Positions 54,250 to 64,000 of a stretch of 64,000 nucleotides of DNA are shown here, piece by piece. Below the pieces are notes generated by a model. That model was not told the DNA's origin. It made no database searches and worked only from the letters and a program-made list of their open reading frames with translations. Made by a program: the position numbers and the translations under genes. The DNA is taken from positions 372,001-436,000 of the forward strand of contig OX337242.1 in the NCBI GenBank assembly GCA_946965045.2, given 5' to 3'. Origin of the DNA: Epithemia pelagica (taxonomy: Eukaryota > Protista > Bacillariophyta). Each line of letters opens with the position of its first letter. The first letter of the stretch is position 1.

Positions 54250-56640
54250 TTATTGGCTCATGCCAAAGCCATGGGTGAATTCTTCAAAGCTGATTTCGCC
54301 ATTGCCATCTTCATCCAAGGCTTGAAACAATTCGTCGGCATCTTGCAATTGTCGTTCCTTGGGCAACCGTTTGTTGAGCAATTGGACGCCGGTCCGAAAT
54401 TCCTTGGGCGACAGTTTGTCATCGCCATTGATATCCAAAAATTTGAAGACTGTCATGAGCATTTCCGAGTTTTGTGCCAAGGTTTCGGCGGCATGATGTT
54501 GGGTCTTGTCAATGGAATCCGATCGATGCAATCGCAGCGTATGCGCTTGCAAAAAGTCTTGGACGGAAATGGTGGTGGAGGACCAAAAGGACGACGCGGC
54601 AGGGGCCAACCGAGGTTGCAAGGTCGCCCATGGCATGCCTTCGGCCGTGACAATCGTGGACGACATGACTTGCGCCCATTCGTCAATGGTCACGGTTCCC
54701 TCGGGGGATTGAATCTTGCTAAAGGCTTGTTCCAATTGACTTCGGTGACAGCCAATCAATTTCCGGACCTTGGTCAAGGCATGTTCCGTCATTTCTTCGT
54801 GAGCTTCTTGCGTCGAGGCAAAAATGTCGGAATAGGAATAGGATTCCGTTTGGTAGGCACCCGTGGGCAACAAGTGCAAGACGGCGCCTTGATTGGATCC
54901 CGTTTCGGCCGGATAGGCGGCGGCACTAAAGACGGTCAAGACCGACGTGGTGGCATTGCCCTCGTCGTCGCGACCACAGTGTTGGTCGCGAACGCCGTCC
55001 GCCACAACTTGATGACCCCGGACCAAATACATGAGATTGTGTCGCTCCAAAAAGCCACGGGCCACCTCCTTGCCAAACACAATACCCAACCCACGAGGAT
55101 TGGCCGCCGTCACCGTACTGGACGAGGCGGACGATGTCGCCGGATCGGACCACAGGAGACCCGTCACCAGCTTTTCCACTTCCGTCTGTGGTTTGACGGA
55201 GGTTTTCATGCGTTGTCGAAATTCCTTGGGCAACTTGCGGAGGGTATCCAATTCAAAATGGTCATATGGCAACCCACCATGGACCACCAACGCTGTGGGT
55301 GTTTGCAAGGCCAAGGGAAAGGCTCCAAACAAACGACCCATGGCGGACCATATTTGATGCGTCACATCGGGCGTCGCTTCCTGGTTGGAGGATGATTTCG
55401 TATTGGGCGCTTCATTGGGATACTTGAGTCGAATTTCGTCTTGAAAGCCATAGACCGAGGCGACCATGACATCTTCGTGATTCCCTCGTACCAAATAGAC
55501 TTGTTTCGGAAAGGCCAATTTGAGAATCAACAAGGTCAACAAGACTTCGAGCGATTGTTCTCCGCGATCCACAAAGTCGCCATCAAAGACCACAATATTC
55601 TGTTTTTTTTTGTTGTCGTCGTCGTCGTCATTGTCAGTTTTGCCGTCGAGCAATTGCTGCAAACTCGTCTTGTGTAACAAGTGCGTCAAACTGCGCATGG
55701 ATCCATGCAAATCACCGACTACGGAAATGACTTGGTTCGTGTGATGCGACAAGTCAATTAAATTGTCCTCCTCGGCCAAGACTTCGGTGGCCGCCTGCAA
55801 GAGTTGCAACAAACTGTGGACTTCTAGCAAGCATCCCGCGGCAATGCCATCCAACAAATGCAAGGCATGGTCGCGCGACAAGTGTTTCCAATCCACACCC
55901 TCCATACAAATCGACGACGACGAGGAGGTTCGGCTCGATGTGAGACTTCGTTTTGTTTCAAACTTGATGGGTTGTGGCGGTTCTTGTGCTTGTGGTTGTT
56001 TCGGTGGTTGCGATTCGGGTTTGGTAGTCTCGGTGGGTTCGCGGCCTGGTTCGCGGGTCACCCGTCGCTGGGCCATGGTCACGTAGCGACGCAACAAGCC
56101 CTTTTTTTCGGTAGCCAAATCGTGCAAATCGTGAATGATTTGGGCCAACCGCACTTTTTCCATTTCTTCCTTGGCATCCAAGGCCACCAACAAATCAAAC
56201 GTCGTCTTGGCCTCGGACGGAGACGACAAAAAGGAGGAGGAGGACGACGACGAAGAATTGGACGATTTGGATCGCTTGGAGGACGATGACGACGAAGATG
56301 ACGACACGGAACCAAAGGGGGCGGCAAAGGAACTGTCGCACAATGTTGGTGTCGCAATCGACAGGGATGGCCACCAGAGTGATTGATCTTCACCTCCTGT
56401 TGGCAGGTTGTGATAACAAACCGAACCAGCCGCTCCAACAGCAGCCACGGCACCCACCGATCCCCAAAATTTGTTGTGGTTGTTATTGTTGTTGTTATTG
56501 TGGTTGGTCTCTTGCGCCACTGCAGCCATTCCTCGTTGTGGCACTACGAGCGCTGCATTCGAAGCAGTACGCGAACGTCTCACGGTAGGAGGACGGTGCG
56601 CCACCGCCATGGACCGAACCGAAGCGACAGAGCGATACAT
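54250..56640 (-). CDS. PPEF: PPP-family Ser/Thr phosphatase with C-terminal EF-hands (PPEF/RdgC-like), about 796 aa from the ATG at 56640
   Basis: GDLHG, GDFVDRG, RGNHE, HGG, WSDP, RGHQ and SAAAY motifs; EF loops DINGDDKLSPKE and DEDGNGEISFEE. Confidence 0.9.
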   Translation of the reverse strand: MYRSVASVRSMAVAHRPPTVRRSRTASNAALVVPQRGMAAVAQETNHNNNNNNNHNKFWGSVGAVAAVGAAGSVCYHNLPTGGEDQSLWWPSLSIATPTLCDSSFAAPFGSVSSSSSSSSSKRSKSSNSSSSSSSSFLSSPSEAKTTFDLLVALDAKEEMEKVRLAQIIHDLHDLATEKKGLLRRYVTMAQRRVTREPGREPTETTKPESQPPKQPQAQEPPQPIKFETKRSLTSSRTSSSSSICMEGVDWKHLSRDHALHLLDGIAAGCLLEVHSLLQLLQAATEVLAEEDNLIDLSHHTNQVISVVGDLHGSMRSLTHLLHKTSLQQLLDGKTDNDDDDDNKKKQNIVVFDGDFVDRGEQSLEVLLTLLILKLAFPKQVYLVRGNHEDVMVASVYGFQDEIRLKYPNEAPNTKSSSNQEATPDVTHQIWSAMGRLFGAFPLALQTPTALVVHGGLPYDHFELDTLRKLPKEFRQRMKTSVKPQTEVEKLVTGLLWSDPATSSASSSTVTAANPRGLGIVFGKEVARGFLERHNLMYLVRGHQVVADGVRDQHCGRDDEGNATTSVLTVFSAAAYPAETGSNQGAVLHLLPTGAYQTESYSYSDIFASTQEAHEEMTEHALTKVRKLIGCHRSQLEQAFSKIQSPEGTVTIDEWAQVMSSTIVTAEGMPWATLQPRLAPAASSFWSSTTISVQDFLQAHTLRLHRSDSIDKTQHHAAETLAQNSEMLMTVFKFLDINGDDKLSPKEFRTGVQLLNKRLPKERQLQDADELFQALDEDGNGEISFEEFTHGFGMSQ

Positions 56641-58659
56641 GATGATGATGATATTGTTGTTGATGTTGTTGTTGCGTTCACGTGGTCCAACCAAGTACCT
56701 CTAGGTGCGCTGACAGAGCCAGAATCGAGAGTCGAGAGCAGCAATGAATCGTTTCACAAGAAAAAGTTTGACTCTCTCAATACTTCATGCTCTGCCTCCA
56801 ACTCGGACTGGTGTCGGGTCTGTTTTGGGGCAAACTCTACAGCGGTTGCCGTGCGACACTGAAAATTTTGGCCTCACTTCGGCACTCGACAAACTTCCCA
56901 ATTCCCTCTACCTGATTACTATTGCTCTTATTCCCTTCTTTTGCGCTTTTGATCGTTGATCAATGATGCAGAGAGGGAGAGGAGGTTTGCACTTTGCAGC
57001 AGCCGCGGTGAGCGGTGTCGTTTGTCGTTTGGCATGAACTTTGCCCACACACAACACAATCGAAGAGAAAGGAGGAAAGAAAGTCGTCGTTCCAACCTTT
57101 CGGGTTTCGATAAAACAGGATTGAATGAGAGGATTGGTCCAATGAGAGAGTAGAAAGAGTGGCTCCCTTGCCCCTTGCTCTCTGCCGTGTCTGTCTCCTT
57201 TCTCACGGCACGACGCCTGGAGCCTGGAGTCTGTTTGGGGAGGTCTGACGAATGACGACGACAACAACGACAGATGCCATTCGTTTTCGTTTTATTTAGT
57301 AGAGTGCATCATTTACCTTTATGATGAGTGTGTACTATTCCGAGCAGCCTCGTGCAGCAAGCTGTCGTACGTGGTGTCGTTCATGGTCCCAAATTTTGTT
57401 GGGAGTATCCCCAAAACATGAGACCACGTCATTGTGGAACAGATCGCGCGTGTCCACGGTCTCCATGAGATTAGTGCGACCTAAGAGCTTCAACAGATTT
57501 ATTTAAAGCGACTCACAGCGATTCCATTGGTTCCCGCGGGACTATGTACGGGATCCATCACTCGGGACTTGTGTGTGCGTTTGGTTTTGTGGTTGCAGCA
57601 AAAATTTTTCGCCACCATGTCCATTCATTTCATTCAACACGAACGGAAGCCTCCAAAACCATCACCGATTGACGGTCAAGATCCAAGAAGAAACAGTATC
57701 ATGTGGGAAGGGCATCCTGTTCCGTTTGTCTTGAAGATTTGGAAAAAAAGAGAACAGAACATGTGAGTGCGCCGCTACACTACTCTGTCTTGGTGTGTTT
57801 TGTTCCTGGTTCTCAGCACTCCTTGTTGGTTCCCCCTCCTACTAAGTACTACTGGCATGGGCATGCCAGGGTGCCACTGCTCCATACTGTAACTGTATTC
57901 CGTTCGATACTATCCAAGAATGTGCATAATTTCCGTGCGGAAATGGTGACTCGTTCATGGATAGCATGGAACGAACTATAGGATTGCCGTTGTTGGATTG
58001 CCAAAACGACCATGAGTGGTGCAACGGTCTGGAAATCTCATTGCCACAAGCCACCTGACGATACTGTCCACAACACGGCCGCAAGGAATGCGTTTCGGAA
58101 AATTGCTCAAGACACGGTTGGATTGTGGTTGGGGAGGAGAGAACCGCGGCCAGCGATGGTGAATTTTGACACTTGGCACCCTGCAGCCATGATCCTATTC
58201 GTACCAAACGATACGAGGTTACCCTCCTGCAGTCACAATCCCTCAAGACCCACAAAGAAGAAACGCGTTACGGTTGGTGAAGCAACAAGTTCCGTTTGTC
58301 GTGGTAAAAAAGAGGCGAACCCAACATGCCCGAGAGGGATCAAGCATCCATAAAACACACAAGAGACAAGCTAAAAACGCACTCCCAAAAGGACAAACGG
58401 CTGTCACGGTGGCAGGATTGAAAGAAGATCAAGGTCCAGTCAATTCCGTTCTTGTTTATGGAGAGTTTGGCAGATCCCTACAAGCAAGGAACAAGAGTCG
58501 TTGGGGACGTGCCGCGATGGTGGTGTGCCATCGAGGAGTCTACGACAAACCGAGAATCCGTCAGGAATGGTCCGTCCCTGTAGGATCAATGTGGTTGCTG
58601 GTATTGAGAACTTGAACCGTGTCGTCGGTTGATGTTGTCACTACCAGCAATCATACTGG

Positions 58660-59130
58660 TCCTAGTGGAAGGGACCATTCATGACTGGTTTTTGTTTAAG
58701 GCTTTGCAAAGTCCAAATATTCTACTGAGTCAAGGAGTGACTCGACCTCGACTGAGTGTAGTGTTTGGACCTTGCAAAGCCTTGAAGGATACCAGCCATC
58801 ACGCTGGTCTTTAAAGGGACCATTCCTGACGGTTTGTCTCGTTGTTGTGGGAAGCTTGGACAAATCCCAATATTCCACCGAGGGCCCAGGTCGAAGAGTG
58901 TGTCGACCTCGACTGTCCGTGGAGTATTGGGATTTGTCACATCCTTGTGACCATGAGGAAGCAATCACGCTGGTCTTAAAGGGACCATTCCTGACGGAGC
59001 CTCGGTTTGTATCGTTGTTGTTGCAAGCTTTGACAAGTCCAAATACTCTACCAAGGGCCCAGGTCGAAGAGTGTGTCGACCTCGACTCTCCGTGGAGTAT
59101 TGGGACTTGTCACAGCCTGGTGACAATGAG
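58660..59130. repeat. Three tandem units (periods about 146 and 163 bp), each containing a 20-28-bp stem with a nested inner hairpin
   Basis: aagggaccattc recurs near 58670, 58816 and 58979; stem arms at about 58697-58725/58758-58785, 58859-58878/58919-58938 and 59032-59051/59092-59111. Confidence 0.9.
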
Positions 59131-59751
59131 GAGACAATCGGAGGGAACTGTTGGTTGGTCATTTCTTCCCGGTCCACGTGGATGACTCGCTCCGACTTGC
59201 TCCCGTTCGATCCGAGTCGATAGTTCAGGAGCTTAGCAGGAGCGCTCGCATGGGCTTGTGTATCTATCGGTCGTAGGTTGCGATAGGACAGACGAGTACG
59301 ACTGTACGTTGCTTTCTTGCTTGAATACTTTTAGCAAAGGACTGTTGGTTGTATCTTCCGTCGAATATATACGGATCCTCTCGTGACCCACAAGAGTCCA
59401 GTCTTCGTTCCAAAGGTTGCCCCATAATAGTTTGGGTCCTACTTCTCCCCCCTCCAACGATTGAATCACGCCATACGGAAACCATTCCCCCATGAACCGT
59501 GCATTTGGAATTTTCGTGAAGAAGGCGCGCAAATAAGAAAAACGGAGTTTTCACGAAGTGCGAGTTGGAGTTTTTGCGATCCACGGTAGAGCTTGCAGCA
59601 CTCCTGTCATAATTTTTCATCTCCAGAAGAAGCACGATTATCGGGGCTGACACTGGGAAAGCGCTCCATCAACCCCGCACAAAGAGAGGACACCAAGACG
59701 CACGAAGAGACTCTGTTTCACCAGGATTCACAATAGTCGAGCTCTCGAAAA

Positions 59752-60467
59752 ATGTCGTCGCGGGAGATTCACCATAAAGAGGAGCGCCCATATTTTGTGT
59801 TTGGCGTGCCCAAGTCTGAGCCCATTCGTAGAAGCGAAAAGGAGGAGGACAAATCCAAGCGAGCCGCGAGACCTCAGGGTTCTTTTTCTTCGGACGCAAG
59901 CAAAGGACTGTTTCTTCGGAGACCAACGAACAGAAAGAGTCTATGTTGTCGGACAGGATCGAACACAAGGAGGATGGGAAAGTCAGTGCCGTGGCGAGCT
60001 CTCCAGAGTCTTTCCACCCTGGCAGTAAGAGAAGGAAGGAAGACAAAGTCAGTGAACCGGTGAGCTCTCCGGAGTCAATGTATCCTCTTGGCAACAAAAA
60101 GAGGAAGGAGGACACAGCCATGCTCCCTGATTGTTTTGGCTCTCAAGTGCCTTTGAACAACGAAACGACGGAGTATGATGATGTCATCGTTATGGGATCG
60201 GTGAGCTCTCAAAAGTCTCTCTTGCTCGGCAGTAAGAAACAGAATGAGAACAAGAACAGGTCCTTTGCACGTTTTCGAAAGTTCCCGATCCTTAAAGCGG
60301 AGGACACGGCGACTCCTCTATTGGAACGTGTTCGTCAACTCGAAGAATGGAAAGCGGGCGCCATGATTCGTTTGGAACGTTACGAAAGTTTGTTGGAGCA
60401 GAACAAGAGGTTGGAAAGTCGATTGAACGAATTGCAATACTTGATTCTGGGAGAGCAACAAGAGTAA
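59752..60467 (+). pseudogene. Unit A copy of the coiled-coil gene, frameshifted
   Basis: MSSREIHH (59752) and the C-terminal ORF (to 60467) are in different frames because of a net 32-nt insertion near 59880-59915 relative to unit B. Confidence 0.75.
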
Positions 60468-61142
60468 TGCTTTATGAGATGCATTATTGACAATTCCACC
60501 AAGACACGTAATATTCGATATTGAAAGTTTAAACCACGACCCGACTTGTTGCTCCCATTCGATCGGGAGTGGTTATTTCAGGAGCTTTGCACGAGGCTTG
60601 TGAATCTGTCTGTTGTGGGTTGCTAGGACAGACGAGTACGACTGTACTTTGCTCTCGTGCTTGAATTTACTATAGCAAAGGCCTCCTTATCATGCAGTCA
60701 AATACGCATCCTCTCGCGACCCGCAAGAGTCCAGTCTTCATTCCAAAGGTAACTCCACAGTTTGGGTCCTTCTCCCCCCTCCAACGATTGAATTACGCCA
60801 TACGGAAACCATCCCCATGAGCCGTACATTTGGAATTTTCGTGAATAAGGCGCGCAAATGTGCAAATCGAAGAAAAACGGAGTTTTCACGAAGTGCGCAG
60901 CGGAATGAGTTGAGTTTGTGCGATCCACGGCAGAGCTTGCATAACTTGCCACATCCGAGTTGAGTTTTTGCGATCCACGGCAGAGCTTGCAGCACTCCTG
61001 ACATAACTTGCCATATCCAGAAGAAGCACAATTATCGGGGCTGACACTGGGAAAGCACTTCAACACTGCGCAAAGAGTGGAGACCAAGACGCACGAAGAG
61101 ACCCTGTTGCACCAGGATATACAATCGTCGAGCTCTCGAAAG

Positions 61143-61838
61143 ATGTCGTCGCGGGAGATTCACCATAAAAAGGAGGGCCCACGGTTTGTGTTTGGCGTGC
61201 CCAAGTCTGAGCCTATACGTAGTAACGAAAAGAAGGAGGACAAATCCAAGCTAGCCGCGAGACCTCAGAAGGCTTCGGAGACCAACAACCAGAAAGAGTC
61301 TATGTTGTCGGACTGGATCGAACAGGGAGAGGATGTGATAGTTAGTGGATTGACGGGTCCTCCAGAGTCTTTCCACCCTGGCAGTAAGAAAAGGAAGGAG
61401 GACAAAGTCAGTGAACCGGTGAGCTCTCCAGAGTCAATGTATCCTCTTGGCAACAAAAAGAGGAAGGAGGACACAGCCATGCTCCCTGATTGTTTTGGCT
61501 CTCAAGTGCCTTTGAACAACGAAACGACGGAGTATGATGATGTCATCGTTATGGGATCGGTGAGCTCTAAAAAGTCTCTTTTGCTCGGCAGTAAGAAACA
61601 GAATGAGAACAAGAACAGGTCCTTTGCACGTTTTCGAAAGTTCCCGATCCTTAAAGCGGAGGACACGGCGACTCCTCTATTGGAACGTGTTCGTCAACTC
61701 GAAGAATGGAAAGTGGGCGCCATGATTCGTTTGGAACGTTACGAAAGTTTGTTGGAGCAGAACAAGAGGTTGGAAAGTCGATTGAACGAATTGCAATACT
61801 TGATTCTGGGAGAGCAACAAGAGTATAATGCTTTATGA
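61143..61838 (+). CDS. Unit B hypothetical protein (231 aa) with KKRK-type basic motifs and a C-terminal coiled coil of about 45 aa
   Basis: Intact ORF from ATG 61143; LLERVRQLEEWK...LLEQNKRLESRLNELQYLIL shows a heptad pattern. Confidence 0.7.
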   Translation: MSSREIHHKKEGPRFVFGVPKSEPIRSNEKKEDKSKLAARPQKASETNNQKESMLSDWIEQGEDVIVSGLTGPPESFHPGSKKRKEDKVSEPVSSPESMYPLGNKKRKEDTAMLPDCFGSQVPLNNETTEYDDVIVMGSVSSKKSLLLGSKKQNENKNRSFARFRKFPILKAEDTATPLLERVRQLEEWKVGAMIRLERYESLLEQNKRLESRLNELQYLILGEQQEYNAL

Positions 61839-62380
61839 GATGCATTATTGACAATTCCACCAAGACACGTTATATTCGATATTGAAAGTTTAAACCACGA
61901 CCCGACTTCCCATTCGATCGGGAGTGGTTATTTCAGGAGCTTTGCGTATCTGTCTGTTGTGGGTTGCTAGGACAGACGAGTACGACTGTACTTTGCTCTC
62001 GTGCTTGAATTTACTATAGCAAAGGCCTCCTTGTCATGCAGTCAAATATACGGATCCTGTCGTAAGCAACAAAAGTCAAGTCACTATTCAAAAGGTAACC
62101 CCATAGTTTGGGTCCTACTCCCCCTCCAGACTCCAGCCATACCTGTGGGATCTTTTGGAAAAATACGGAAGAAAATTGGGGTTTTCTCGCAGTGCGAACA
62201 GCGGAATTCGTTGGAGTTTTCGTGAATAACGCAGAGCTTGCAGCAATCCGGATATCACCTGCCGTATCACTGTTATCGGGGCGGACTCTGCGAAATCGCT
62301 CCCTCAACCCGAAAGGAGTGGAGACCAACACGCACGAAGAGACTCTGTTGCACCCTAGGATATCGTCGAGCTCTCGAAAG

Positions 62381-63805
62381 ATGGCATCGCTACGAGTAGT
62401 CATTGTAGTGCCGAGCTCTCCAGTGCCTTTCGCCCCTTGCAGTAAGAGAAGGTACGAGGAAGAAGTCAGTGTACCAGTGCCTTTCGGTCCTTGCAGTAAG
62501 AAAAGGAAGGAGGAAGAAGTCAGTGTACCAGTGCCTTTCGCCCCTTGCAGTAAGAAAAGGAATGAGGAAGAAGTCAGTGGACCAGTGAGCTCTCAAGAGT
62601 CTCTTGGCAACAAAAAGAGGAATTAGGACCAAGTCACGTCCCCTTGGGACTCTCAAAAGGCTCTGTGTGAACGAAGGAGGAGAACAAAGCCACGACCTCT
62701 TGGGGCTGTCGAATGGAATTGCCGGAAAAGAAGGAGGAGAGCAAAGCCACGACCTCTTGGGGCTGTCGAAAGGTTTCGCCTGAAGAGAAGGAGAAGAGCA
62801 AAGTCATGAGCTCTTGGGGCTGTGGCAAGGAATTGCCGGAAAAGAAGGAGAAGAGCAAAGTCACGACCTCTTGGGGCTGTCGAAAGGGTTCGCCGGAAGA
62901 GAACAAAGCCATGAGCTATTGGGGAAAGGCTTTGCCTGAAAAGAAGGAGAAGATCAAAGTCACGACCTCTTGGGGCTGCCGAAAGGCTTTGCCTGAAGAA
63001 ACGGAGGAGAACAAAGCCATGAGCTCTTGGGGCTATCGAAAGGCTGTACCTGAGAAAAAGAAGGAGCGCCAAGTCACTTCCGCTTGGGGCTTTCGAGTGG
63101 CTCGGTGGGAAGAGAAGGAGAAGAACCAAACCACGGTTCCTTGGGGCGGTCGAAAGGCTGTGTCTCCTGTTGGAAACGAAAACAAAGAGTCTTTGTTGTC
63201 CGAAAACAACGAAACGACGGAGGAGGAAGACAACGTTTGCCAATCGGTGAGGTCTCAAGAGACTTATTCGTTCGGCAGTCAGGAACCGAAGAAGAACAGG
63301 TTGGATGGTCCATCCATGGTGTCGTCGTGCTTCCGGTCCCATGACTGTCGACAAGACGGGATCTTGATCAATTGTGGTGGCGACGCTGAGCAGGGCATGG
63401 AGTGGAATTCGAATCACGACTTCTCCACTGGTAATGTTGCGACTGGCGGCTAATCCTCGCACCGGTACCTTGGGGAATTGTTCCACGTTGGCCACGACGG
63501 CATCGACATCGTCGTGCCAATCTTCGTCCGGCAAGGCTTTCATGTAATCCAAATACTCAAAGGTTTGAATTTCCAGCAAGGTTTCAATCCCCAAGACTAG
63601 GACCGTTCAAGTTTTCGAAAGTCACTGATCCTAAACGCGGAGGACAAGGTTAGTCCTCTTGTGGAACGTGTCCGTCAACTCGAAGAATGGAAGGAGGGAG
63701 CCATGATTCGTTTGGAACGAAACGAAAGTCTGTTGGAGAAGAACAAGAGCCTGGCAAGCCGATTGAACGAATTACAATACTTGATTCTGGGAGACCAACA
63801 AGAAT
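62381..63805 (+). pseudogene. Unit C copy: premature TAG at 62624-62626, frameshift near 62672, two minisatellite expansions and a 300-bp insertion
   Basis: Homologous N-terminal context (ctctcgaaagatg) and C-terminal VERVRQLEEWKEGAMIRLERNESLLEKNKSLASRLNELQYLILGDQQE at 63601-63805; residual ORF 62713-63453. Confidence 0.75.
63301..63600 (-). pseudogene. Captured fragment of a SET-domain (Rubisco LSMT/SETD-like) lysine methyltransferase gene
   Basis: An open minus-strand frame reads [26 protein letters not shown], matching the N-terminal SET motif RGLxAxxxIxxGExxxxIP; the flanks match contiguous sequence in units A and B. Confidence 0.8.
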
Positions 63806-64000
63806 AATCCTTTATGAGATGCGCGCATGATTGAGACTTCCACCAAGACACGGTATGTATAATCTGTTATAGCCACGACAGATTCATAGTTTTTCAAGTA
63901 GCGAGCCCCGTCGTGGGCGGATTTGCATATATATTCTATTGTACGCCCAGGATGATTGCTGTCTCTTGTGTGTGTCATGAGTTGGATCTGCCTCACAAAC

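Larger units (their letters stand above)
59183..63860 (+). repeat. Tandem array of three gene-containing units (A about 59183-60533, B about 60534-61895, C about 61896-63860)
   Basis: Each unit carries taggacagacgagtacgactgtac near its start and an LQYLILG[ED]QQE-coding sequence followed by atgagatgc...ccaccaagacacg at its end. Confidence 0.9.

Noticed and set aside
54253-55395. 380-aa plus-strand ORF antisense to the phosphatase
   Set aside because: It lies entirely opposite a conserved CDS and has no recognisable motif; it is best explained as a shadow ORF caused by codon bias.
57703-57981. RING-finger-like start CSVCLEDL
   Set aside because: The remaining Cys/His ligands were not found in any frame or after the plausible 54-nt intron.
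58660-59130. CRISPR-like array
   Set aside because: Units are 146-163 bp with homologous rather than unique spacers, the context is eukaryotic, and no cas genes are present.
58696-59185. ORFs on both strands encoding similar DKSQYST...VEYWDLS peptides
   Set aside because: A direct consequence of the inverted repeats; no independent evidence of coding.
59183-59225. tRNA or tRNA-derived SINE suggested by a B-box-like gttcgatcc
   Set aside because: There is no A-box or cloverleaf, and the motif is altered in units B and C.
61600-61838. bZIP transcription factor call for the unit B protein
   Set aside because: An N-x7-K pattern is present, but the required Leu nine residues later is not, and a proline interrupts the spacer.
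63560-63600. Helitron origin of the SET insert (ends in CTAG)
   Set aside because: There is no subterminal hairpin, no 5' TC and no A/T insertion site; the CTAG may be chance.

Overview
Eukaryotic genomic DNA of roughly 50% GC, most consistent with a pennate diatom (inference from a plastid protein with a bipartite signal whose cleavage site is followed by Phe, GTACGT-type splice donors and compact low-complexity genes). The first 23.5 kb holds ten co-oriented orphan genes for disordered proteins that share short motifs, including candidate PP1 (RVxF) and PP2A-B56 (LxxVxE) docking sites. The 23.7-43.4 kb region holds an RRM-like gene with a duplicated promoter and presequence, an HS3ST-like sulfotransferase, a head-to-head gene pair sharing an unrecognised C-terminal domain, and a 4-exon thylakoid-lumen pentapeptide-repeat gene. 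At 44.4-47.4 kb lie two DNA transposon derivatives: a Mutator-like element with a 10-bp TSD and a Stowaway/mariner-like element with a TA TSD. The 47.6-56.7 kb region holds a frameshifted second sulfotransferase, an ELP5-like gene, a PLAC8-like remnant and a PPEF-type EF-hand phosphatase with a mitochondrial-type leader. From 58.6 to 64 kb there is an array of three hairpins with a compensatory base change, followed by a three-unit tandem gene array whose last unit has captured 300 bp of a SET-domain gene in antisense. No rRNA, tRNA or CRISPR array is supported. No database searches were run: family calls rest on recognised motifs and coordinates were counted by hand.
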